64,000 nt of DNA, taken from assembly GCA_030692565.1 (NCBI GenBank), contig JAUYAO010000004.1, forward strand, positions 17,413 through 81,412, given 5' to 3'. Position 1 is the first letter of the stretch, and the number at the start of each line of letters is the position of its first letter. The position numbers were made by a program, and so were the translations under genes. Source of the DNA: Nitrospira sp. Lineage in GTDB: Bacteria; Nitrospirota; Nitrospiria; Nitrospirales; Nitrospiraceae. Below the pieces are notes generated by a model. That model was not told the DNA's origin and did no database searches. It saw only the letters and a list, made by a program, of their open reading frames with translations. Positions 37,185 through 44,730 of the stretch are shown piece by piece.

Positions 37185-38001
37185 CCGCGCGCGCGGTCAT
37201 TGGCCGGAGTATCTGATGGAAGCGGCCGGTCTCGGCCTCTTCATGATCTCCGCCGCGGTGGTCACGACTCTGCTGGAGTATCCCGGCTCTCCGTTGCACG
37301 CCTCGCTGCCCGATCCTGCCACGCGCCGTGCGCTCACCGGCGTGGCGATGGGGCTCACCGCCATCGGTATCATCTATTCACCGTGGGGCAAACAATCCGG
37401 CGCCCATTTGAATCCGGCGGTGACGCTCACGTTTTATCGATTGGGCAAGATCGACGGGGTGGATGCAGTCGGGTATGTACTCGCGCAAGCAGCCGGCGGG
37501 CTCATCGGACTCCTTGCGGCTAGGGCCGGAATCGGCATGGCCCTCGCACATCCGGCGGTCAACTATGTAGTAACCGTGCCGGGCGAAGCGGGAATCGCCA
37601 CGGCTTTTCTGGCAGAGGCCGCCATCTCCTTTGGTCTGATGCTGACCGTCTTGTTCCTGTCGAACCACAGAACGCTTGCGCCGGTCACCGGTCTTGTAGC
37701 CGGTGGGCTTGTCGCGGCCTATATCGGAATCGAGGCGCCACTTTCCGGTATGAGCATGAATCCGGCCAGGACGCTGGCCTCGGCGATTCCGGCTCATGTG
37801 TGGACGGCATTCTGGCTGTATCTCACGGCTCCGATGGGGGGGATGTTGCTTGCGGCTGAATTCTATCTGCGTGCGAAGGGGCTCAGGCAGATCTATTGCG
37901 CGAAACTGCATCATCATAACCGGGCGCGCTGCATTTTCCGCTGCCGCTATGGTGAGCTGCTCGAGCGGGGAACAGCGAGGCCGTTGCCTGCTGATCGATA
38001 A
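37168..38001 (+). CDS. MIP-family channel (aquaporin/glycerol-facilitator-like) with Cys/His-rich C-terminal tail
   Basis: Two NPA boxes (HLNPAVT, MNPART) and six TM segments. Tail: CAKLHHHNRARCIFRC. Confidence 0.85.
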   Translation: MRQWADRARGHWPEYLMEAAGLGLFMISAAVVTTLLEYPGSPLHASLPDPATRRALTGVAMGLTAIGIIYSPWGKQSGAHLNPAVTLTFYRLGKIDGVDAVGYVLAQAAGGLIGLLAARAGIGMALAHPAVNYVVTVPGEAGIATAFLAEAAISFGLMLTVLFLSNHRTLAPVTGLVAGGLVAAYIGIEAPLSGMSMNPARTLASAIPAHVWTAFWLYLTAPMGGMLLAAEFYLRAKGLRQIYCAKLHHHNRARCIFRCRYGELLERGTARPLPADR

Positions 38002-38003
38002 GA

Positions 38004-38669
38004 CTATTGTCCCCCGTGGGGCGACTGCCGGTTGCTGCTGCTCTGCAGATCCATTTCCAAGACGACGGGGCCGTTGGGACTCTTCGGATCCACGCGATGC
38101 GGCATCTGATCGACCGCCAATTTGCTGAGGGGAACGGCGACGATATGTGGGGCCTTCTCGGTGGGGTTGGAGTAGAGCGCCAGCCGGATATTTTTAGGGC
38201 GCAGTTGTGGGGTCAGTAACGGCTTCAAGTCCGCGCTGGCGAATCCCACCACCAAGGCGCTGCCGTCGGCCAATTTATGGATCTCGTAAGCATTGGCGGC
38301 AGGCGCCGCACGCTCTAACACCATGTCCGGACTCTGTGAGACCAAGGCCAACCCGAGTCCTTGCTGAGGGACGAACCCGAAGCTGCCGACCGGCGCCACG
38401 GAGTAGCGGGTCTGCGGGAGCTCGGCGCCGAGCTCCACCACCCCGGTCTTGAGCCGCAACTGCCGGCGCAAGTCGGCTTCAGTCCCCTGGGCATCGAGAA
38501 ACACCGCGGCCGGGGCCGCCTTCTGGGACGGCAACACCTCCATCTTGCCGCTATTCCCACCGCGCGGCGCGGCATGCAGGGAAGCAGGCAGGAGGCTCAG
38601 GAGTAACAGGCTCAATAGCGCATGAGTCAAGACGCGGCGGTCGGTGCGAAGGGGAGGTCGGGATGACAT
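38004..38669 (-). CDS. secreted hypothetical protein
   Basis: Signal peptide LLSLLLLSLLPASLHA. No recognisable domain. Confidence 0.5.
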   Translation of the reverse strand: MSSRPPLRTDRRVLTHALLSLLLLSLLPASLHAAPRGGNSGKMEVLPSQKAAPAAVFLDAQGTEADLRRQLRLKTGVVELGAELPQTRYSVAPVGSFGFVPQQGLGLALVSQSPDMVLERAAPAANAYEIHKLADGSALVVGFASADLKPLLTPQLRPKNIRLALYSNPTEKAPHIVAVPLSKLAVDQMPHRVDPKSPNGPVVLEMDLQSSSNRQSPHGGQ

Positions 38670-38751
38670 GGTCGTCAGGTGCTCCGGTAGTAAAGTGTGA
38701 GACTCATCTTTATCAAGTCCGGCCTGTCCGGCGCAATGGGCATCAGTCCGA

Positions 38752-39378
38752 TTATCGTTCCAGTCTGCGGGGCGGCATTATTCTGGCCGGTGAGGCGCAG
38801 GGGTTCGTCGTAGGATCGTGGAGGGCTACGTCGGCGACCCCGTGCCGCGCATCGAGTTGAATCAGACAACAGTCATGCAGCAGGGCCTTCAGCTGTCGAC
38901 GGCCCCGTTGTACCCGTGACTTCATGCCGGAGAGGGAGAGGCCCAGCTTGGTGGCGGCGACCTGTTGGGTGAGCCCGTCTAGTTCGACAAGCCTCAGGGC
39001 GTCCCGGTATTCCGGCGCCAGCTGATCCACCATGGGGCGGAGGCAGTTCGCGAGCTGGATGCGAGGCTCGTCTCGCTCCTCCGTTGGCTCTCCCGCCGTC
39101 AGCAGAGCTTCAACGTCCGTCGCCAGCCCTGCCGGGAGTTCTCGATGCCGGTGTGAAGTCCGGTAATAATCGATAACCACATGGCGCGTGACGGTGAAGA
39201 TCCAGGAGACCAGGCGGCGGGGATCCTGCACCTGGTCGATCTTGTCGTGGATCTTCAGAAAGACTTCCTGGAGTAGATCGTCCACCGCCGCATCGTCTGC
39301 GACTCGTTTGGCGATGAAGGCGCGCAGTCGCCCGCGCACCTCCATCCAGACGTCTTGTCTATTCTGTGTCATGGTCAT
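38752..39378 (-). CDS. ECF sigma factor, SigZ-like, with Cys-containing C-terminal extension
   Basis: Sigma-2 (LLQEVFLKIHDKI ... WIFTVTRHVVIDYYR) and sigma-4 (ALRLVELDGLTQQVAATKLGLSLSGMKSRVQRGR), then HDCCLIQLDARHG. GGAGAAA precedes the ATG at 39378. Confidence 0.8.
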   Translation of the reverse strand: MTMTQNRQDVWMEVRGRLRAFIAKRVADDAAVDDLLQEVFLKIHDKIDQVQDPRRLVSWIFTVTRHVVIDYYRTSHRHRELPAGLATDVEALLTAGEPTEERDEPRIQLANCLRPMVDQLAPEYRDALRLVELDGLTQQVAATKLGLSLSGMKSRVQRGRRQLKALLHDCCLIQLDARHGVADVALHDPTTNPCASPARIMPPRRLER

Positions 39379-39412
39379 TTCTCCGAACGGAGCCCTTCTA
39401 CGGTACCGTGCA

Positions 39413-39858
39413 TCAAGACGCTGCGCAAGGTGCCGCTCGGGTCGCGCCGGAATGGGCCGGGACGCAGCAGCCTGTCTGGCTGAGCGGTCCGTCGACGGCC
39501 AATTGCTCGTGCACGAGGAAGACCTCCCAGGCATTCCCGTCGGGATCCGTGAACCAGAGCTTGTCCTGTCTGGCAAAGCAGCAGGATGTATTTTCTTCGA
39601 CGCGCTCCGCACGCCGGCGGTCTGCAACCGCGATTTCCACTGGGCGATCTCTTCGAGCGAATCCACCTCGATGCCGAGATGGTCGACCGAACTGATTCTG
39701 CCCGTTGACGAGACCAGCGACAAATTCAGCGCCGGGGTTGTCCGGTCGAACTTGGCATAGTCGTCTGTCTGTTTCTGCGGCGACACGCCGAACACCTTCC
39801 GGTAGAACTCGACCGATGCCGGGACATGGCGGACATTGAGGGAAATGTGTGGCCTCAT
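39413..39858 (-). pseudogene. ArsI/CadI-family VOC metalloenzyme, frame broken near 39610
   Basis: The N-terminal part (MRPHISLNVRHVPASVEFYRKVFG ... HLGIEVDS ... RLQTAGV) is in one frame. The C-terminal part (ERVEENTSCCFARQDKLWFTDPDGNAWEVFLV) is in the frame one base back. GGAGG RBS at the start. Confidence 0.7.
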
Positions 39859-40005
39859 AAGAACCTCCTGGGTGAGCGGCAGGAGAGAAGTCACCTGCCT
39901 ATCCCTAGAGACGGAGCATCGGGGAAAAGGACGCAACGGGGAGCGGGCTGGCAGTGGAAAAACAGGGGGCGCGATCCAACAGACAAACTGAGGAAACGGC
40001 AGGGA

Positions 40006-40356
40006 TTATTCCGTTCGCCGCCGTTTGAGCTTATGTCCCACCTGTACGATCGCCTCGATGGCGGGTGTCAGCTCGCGTCCGAGGTCCGTCAAGGCATACT
40101 CCACTGTGGGCGGCGAAGTCGGCATCACCTGTCGGGTGATAATCCCATCCTGCTCCAATCGTTTCAGCCGCGCGGAGAAGACTTTCGGCGAGACGCCAGG
40201 GATGTCCGCCATCAGCTCGCTGAACCGCCTCGGTTCTTCCCGGAGATACCAAATCACGTTCGGCGTCCAGGCTCCCTTCAAGAACTGCATGCAGACAGTC
40301 AGCGGACAGCCCGCAGGCGGCGGCAACACCTTTGATTTGCGACGTTTGACGGCCAT
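40006..40356 (-). CDS. HxlR-family transcriptional regulator
   Basis: CPLTVCMQFLKGAWTPNVIWYLREEPRRFSEL ... typical HxlR wHTH. Confidence 0.85.
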   Translation of the reverse strand: MAVKRRKSKVLPPPAGCPLTVCMQFLKGAWTPNVIWYLREEPRRFSELMADIPGVSPKVFSARLKRLEQDGIITRQVMPTSPPTVEYALTDLGRELTPAIEAIVQVGHKLKRRRTE

Positions 40357-40513
40357 CCGGCCTCCTCCTGCGGTTCAGTGAACAGCGCTTTCCGAATGGA
40401 AAGTCGAAAGCGTACTTACTAAACGATAGCATCTTGCCATGTGATAGTCCACGCATTACCTTGGCGTGCAGGAGACAGCACAGTCATTTCATTCATATGG
40501 AAGGAGTTGCATC

Positions 40514-41236
40514 ATGACCGCTCAGAAGACCGCCATCGTCACCGGAGCCTCCAGCGGAATCGGCCTGGGGCTCACCACGGCATTGATCGAACAGGGCTAC
40601 CGCGTCGTCGCCAACTCGCGGCGGATCACCACGGCCGGAACGGTACAGCCGTCGGACAACGTGGCATTGATTGACGGCGATATTGCCGATCCAGGCATTG
40701 CGCGCCGGATTGTCGAGACCGCCATCCAGCGGTTCGGCAGCGTGGACCTGCTGGTCAACAATGCCGGAATATTTATTACCAAGCCCTTCACGGACTATAC
40801 ATCGGACGATTTCGAACGGCTGGTGTCCACGAATCTCACGGGGTTTCTGTACGTAACCCAAGGGGCTGTTCGTCAGATGACTCGGCAGGGAGCCGGGCAC
40901 GTCGTGAACATCACGACGACGCTCGCCGACCAGCCGGTCGCCGGTGTGCCGGCTTCCATTCCCGTTCTGACCAAAGGCGGGCTCAACGCGGTCACCGCGG
41001 CATTGGCCATCGAGTACGCCAATGCCGGCATCCGGTTTAATGCCATCGGCGCGGGCATCATTGATACACCGATGCATAAGTCGGAGACACACGGATTCTT
41101 GAAGGGCCTGCACCCGATCCAACGGATCGGCCGGGTGTCGGAGATCGTCGATGCCGTGCTCTATCTGACGGCTGCCACATTCGTCACCGGTGAAGTATTG
41201 CACGTTGACGGCGGCGCGCATGCCGGGAAGTGGTAA
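40514..41236 (+). CDS. SDR-family oxidoreductase
   Basis: AAGGAG RBS. TGASSGIG cofactor motif and NNAG. Divergent from HxlR. Confidence 0.85.
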   Translation: MTAQKTAIVTGASSGIGLGLTTALIEQGYRVVANSRRITTAGTVQPSDNVALIDGDIADPGIARRIVETAIQRFGSVDLLVNNAGIFITKPFTDYTSDDFERLVSTNLTGFLYVTQGAVRQMTRQGAGHVVNITTTLADQPVAGVPASIPVLTKGGLNAVTAALAIEYANAGIRFNAIGAGIIDTPMHKSETHGFLKGLHPIQRIGRVSEIVDAVLYLTAATFVTGEVLHVDGGAHAGKW

Positions 41237-41296
41237 ACGAATTCTTCCGGGCGCTCGTTCTGAGCGTTCGTGTTTTTCCTAGAAAGGACAGGGATT

Positions 41297-41524
41297 ATGC
41301 CATACGTGAATATGCAGGTGACGCGAGAAGGGGTGACGCTCGAACAGAAAGAAGCGCTCATCAAAGGGGTGACCGATTTGTTGGTCCATGTGCTGAACAA
41401 GCAGCCGGCTCAGACTTTTATCGTCATCGAAGAAGTGGATACCGACAATTGGGGCATTGCCGGAACGACGGTGACGAAGTTTCGGGAACAGGAGAAGAGA
41501 TTGAGTCCTAAAAGTGTGAGATGA
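41297..41524 (+). CDS. 4-oxalocrotonate tautomerase-family protein
   Basis: MPYVNMQV... gives Pro1 after Met removal. The size is larger than the classic 60-70 aa. Confidence 0.7.
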   Translation: MPYVNMQVTREGVTLEQKEALIKGVTDLLVHVLNKQPAQTFIVIEEVDTDNWGIAGTTVTKFREQEKRLSPKSVR

Positions 41525-41529
41525 GAATA

Positions 41530-41562
41530 GCCGGGGTACGGCCTCAATGGCCGCACCCCGGC
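41530..41562. terminator. strong GC hairpin between convergent genes
   Basis: GCCGGGGTACGGCC-tcaat-GGCCGCACCCCGGC: 13 of 14 positions pair. There is no obvious U-run on either strand. Confidence 0.45.
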
Positions 41563-41580
41563 AAGTGAAGAGCGAGGGGA

Positions 41581-42630
41581 CTATTCTTCGAGGCGGATGA
41601 TCGGACAATTCACCACCACCCCGATCGGGCCCCAGGGCTTGCCTTCAGGGCCGGAGATCTGGCCGGCGAAGGCCTTCTTCTCGACTTCATTGAAGTCCGT
41701 CAGTTGGACGGAGCTGGAGGCCTGCATCGGCACCTGGGCCCAGACCGTCGCATGGACATCCCACATCGGGCTGTAGGCCAGGGCGCGGGCATCGAACGGA
41801 ATCTCCTGCACGATGTTCAGCGGATCGCCTTCACCCATGAGGGCTGAGGCAAGGCCCTGCCGCTGCGGATTCATCTTGCCCGTCGGTCCGTTCACCACCG
41901 GGGCCAAGCCGGTCAAGCCGGAGCCGGGGCCGTTCGAGCCCTTGTTCGGCAAGGCCTTCAGATTCGGCGTATAGTTCGCCGCCTCCAGGGCTGCGATCGC
42001 CGGATCGGATGCGTTGAATGACGTATAGTGCACGCGGCGGCCTTCGAAGAATCCGTCCGTCATTTTGAAGGTGGCCGTGCGCTTCTCCAGATCGATACGG
42101 ATGAGACGATCGTGCGGGCCGCTGTTGTTCTTGATCTGCGGCGCATTCAACACGATGCCGTTGGGCAGTTGGATCAACGGCGTGTAGAGTGCCTCACCAA
42201 TGGCGCCAGGCTTCGCTTCCTTCGGAGGGAACCCGGTCTCGCTCGGCACCACGATACGCTCCGGCGAGAAGTCCACACTGCCGAGGAACTGCACCTTCCC
42301 GTTCACCATACCGACGGATTGAACCGCAAGCGTGCCCTTGCCGTTCGCCATCTTGGGGCTGAAGTGCACCCCGCGCGCGGCGGCGTCGGCCTTGTCCGAT
42401 GACTCAGTCACCACGAACCACACCGTCTCGCCGCTTCGCTGGTCTTCGAAAATCGGTAGCGTCACTTCCGTATAGTCCGCATTCTCGACGGCGCTCTTTA
42501 ATAGCAAGCGATGGCCCTTCTTCATGCCCATGCTCTCCGCGTTGGCCGATACACAGCCCACGGACAGAGCCGCCACGCCCACGGCTGCCATCAACCCGAA
42601 CGTCGTCACTTGTCGCATCTGCTTCCTCAT
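41581..42630 (-). CDS. secreted hypothetical protein, no recognised domain
   Basis: GAGGAG RBS before the ATG at 42630. Signal peptide MRKQMRQVTTFGLMAAVGVAALSVGCVSANA. Confidence 0.6.
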   Translation of the reverse strand: MRKQMRQVTTFGLMAAVGVAALSVGCVSANAESMGMKKGHRLLLKSAVENADYTEVTLPIFEDQRSGETVWFVVTESSDKADAAARGVHFSPKMANGKGTLAVQSVGMVNGKVQFLGSVDFSPERIVVPSETGFPPKEAKPGAIGEALYTPLIQLPNGIVLNAPQIKNNSGPHDRLIRIDLEKRTATFKMTDGFFEGRRVHYTSFNASDPAIAALEAANYTPNLKALPNKGSNGPGSGLTGLAPVVNGPTGKMNPQRQGLASALMGEGDPLNIVQEIPFDARALAYSPMWDVHATVWAQVPMQASSSVQLTDFNEVEKKAFAGQISGPEGKPWGPIGVVVNCPIIRLEE

Positions 42631-42752
42631 AACCGTTCTCCTCAAGCAGGTGAAGTGGATCATTCCACTCTCTACGCAGGAGTCGGAGCAGGCGGGAAGA
42701 TCTTACAGGTTGGAAGAGTCTGGTGGCGGAATGAAGAGTGGACTTAAGCGGA

Positions 42753-42947
42753 TTACGAACTCCGTTTTCGTCTGAGAGTAAGGATCGCAATCATAGAGAT
42801 TACGGCGATCAACGGCCCACCGACAAACGCGCCGGTCATCGCGCCTTCGAGGGACTTGTCGTGCTGGTTGGAAGAGAAGAGTTCAATCGCGGCCATCGTC
42901 CCGAACAAGCCGACGACATAGCCCAGGATCGCCGCCAGCAGGGCCAC
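42753..42947 (-). CDS. small two-TM membrane protein (tentative)
   Basis: Two hydrophobic helices. GTG start with no clear RBS. Confidence 0.3.
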   Translation of the reverse strand: MALLAAILGYVVGLFGTMAAIELFSSNQHDKSLEGAMTGAFVGGPLIAVISMIAILTLRRKRSS

Positions 42948-43037
42948 TCCAAAGGTTTTCTTGGAGCGTAGTTACAGCTAAGGGTCAATCGCCGAGTGTT
43001 TGGATAGGGAGATGAGATGCTTTCTCCCCAGCCTGAA

Positions 43038-43502
43038 TTACGCGTGCCCGCTCAAGAGAAAGTCATCGAGCACGAGCACTTCTAGGTCGCTGAATCGCTT
43101 GAGCTGGGAATCATTGGTAACAAAGACATCGGCACGTTCACGCACAGCTGTTGCGAGCTGAATGCAATCCGGCGTCTTAAAGTTAAACCGCGCTCTGATC
43201 TCAGCAGCATGTTCGGCGATTGTCTGTTCCAAAGGTAACAATCGAATGTTGTTGCTGTTGAGCAGGATGTCGCGATATTGGCAGGCCATCGAACGATTTC
43301 CATTCCTTAAGGGGTGAACCATGACCTCGAGAAGCGTGAGATAGGATGAAATCGCAGGAAGATTTGCGGCAGAGAGATGGATAAAGAGTGGATCAACAAT
43401 CGAAATGTATTGTGGGGTCTGCTGAACAAAATAAATCAGAACATTGGTATCCAGGCAGATGCATCGTTTGCCGCGCAATCGGTCAACGAGCGTCCCATTC
43501 AT
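43038..43502 (-). CDS. PIN-domain toxin (VapC-like)
   Basis: CLDTNVLIY ... acidic PIN residues. Overlaps the upstream small gene by 20 nt. Lies in the low-GC region. Confidence 0.8.
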   Translation of the reverse strand: MNGTLVDRLRGKRCICLDTNVLIYFVQQTPQYISIVDPLFIHLSAANLPAISSYLTLLEVMVHPLRNGNRSMACQYRDILLNSNNIRLLPLEQTIAEHAAEIRARFNFKTPDCIQLATAVRERADVFVTNDSQLKRFSDLEVLVLDDFLLSGHA

Positions 43503-43737
43503 TTCTTAGCTCATTGATATATTTCTTTGGGTCGACTCCTTGCCAGACTTCTCTGCCAAGCCCGCGCAACTCGAGAATGCTATGTCGCCGGGCCATGGGC
43601 TTTCCTAAAACTATCGAGGTTAATCCTCCAAGTCTGTACTCCTCATCAATGAGGCTGGATACATCCTTGATTGCACTCCCTGAAACTACATAGGCATAAG
43701 GGGCCGACATTTCTCGATCAGCCAATAGGGATGTCAT
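43483..43737 (-). CDS. putative antitoxin
   Basis: 84-aa ORF directly upstream of and overlapping the PIN gene. The family was not identified. Confidence 0.6.
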   Translation of the reverse strand: MTSLLADREMSAPYAYVVSGSAIKDVSSLIDEEYRLGGLTSIVLGKPMARRHSILELRGLGREVWQGVDPKKYINELRNEWDAR

Positions 43738-44576
43738 AGCGACTCCAGATCAAATAAATTTCTCAACTTATCTGTAATGCTTCCCTCGAATGCGGCTTCA
43801 ATATTTTTGTGTGCAATAGCGACCTGGTCTTTGATTGAGTCAAAACCCAATGGGTGCTCCGGCTTAAAGATATCATACAGATCTAATAAATGTGCGACCT
43901 CATTTGGTTTCTCGGCTGGGGCGCTCCCAAATGTAATCAGCACCCCGTGCCCTCCTTGTTGAGAAGGAAGGTCTACTCGAATCATGAAGCGGCCATGCAT
44001 TTCTCCCATGGCTTTCGGAAGCTGAGGGTATACGGTGAAGTAATCCTCCATCAGAATCTGTGTGTGCGGAATAACGACACGATTGATATACCGTAACCCT
44101 AATCGAGCAATTCCCTTGGGGTTCGCCACTTTTCGGTATGTCTCAAGAGAAGAATAAATCAGCGGTTCCCACTCTTCAAAATGGGGATATGGACGGAGCT
44201 GATTTATAACCAGAACATCCTGGCCAATTTGGATGAGTCGACTCTCATCTGAAGTAACAAACTGCATCCACGGAGGGAGTCGCTTTACTCCAGCTGAGGC
44301 CTCACCAGCGGTCGAGAACATGACTTGGGCTTCTTGAATTTCCCGTTGTCGCTTGACTGGGAAGTCGATCTTGATTTGATCATAGAATTGACCTGGAACA
44401 GTGTCATCCCATTCTGAACCCTCAAAGTATAGCTCGCATAAGGCTTCTACAATAGGAGGGTAACGATACTTTCGGCGTGGAGCCATTTCTTCTATCTCCA
44501 CTGAAATGATACGTGAATTAGTGATTCTTATAGCGACTACCTCGTGAGAAGACAAGTATCTGCAAAGATATGTCAA
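43734..44576 (-). CDS. TIGR04255-like hypothetical protein
   Basis: The N-terminal motif YPPIVEALCELYF matches my memory of the TIGR04255 family. The stop overlaps the antitoxin start (ATGA). Confidence 0.55.
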   Translation of the reverse strand: MTYLCRYLSSHEVVAIRITNSRIISVEIEEMAPRRKYRYPPIVEALCELYFEGSEWDDTVPGQFYDQIKIDFPVKRQREIQEAQVMFSTAGEASAGVKRLPPWMQFVTSDESRLIQIGQDVLVINQLRPYPHFEEWEPLIYSSLETYRKVANPKGIARLGLRYINRVVIPHTQILMEDYFTVYPQLPKAMGEMHGRFMIRVDLPSQQGGHGVLITFGSAPAEKPNEVAHLLDLYDIFKPEHPLGFDSIKDQVAIAHKNIEAAFEGSITDKLRNLFDLESL

Positions 44577-44730
44577 TCAAGCTTACGCAATCCTTCAAGC
44601 GCTTTCAGTTGCTTTGGAGTAGCCCCATCAAGGTGCCGGTTTTGAACGATCGGCACTCTGATCAGACTTCACCTCATTGCTGTAAGATCCCCTCTATCCC
44701 AGGGACTACTTGCCAGCACGGAGGCGCTTC

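Noticed and set aside
36263-37216. 317-aa plus-strand ORF spanning the small-ORF region
   Set aside because: Extremely Arg/Ser/Pro-rich with no RBS. It overlaps the 3' end of the lipoprotein gene and the 5' end of the MIP gene. The three short frames have RBSs and better third-position G/C bias.
38752-39936. 394-aa ORF as a single VOC-sigma fusion protein
   Set aside because: The middle 70 codons are nonsense-like. The missing CadI C-terminus is found in another frame. The sigma factor has its own RBS and ATG. I interpret it as a frameshifted cadI plus a separate sigma gene.
42955-44635. Possible att-like direct repeats flanking the low-GC islet (TTGGAGCGTAG at about 42958 and TTGGAGTAG at about 44622)
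   Set aside because: Only about 9 imperfect matching bases with an indel, and no integrase or tRNA nearby. This is compatible with chance.
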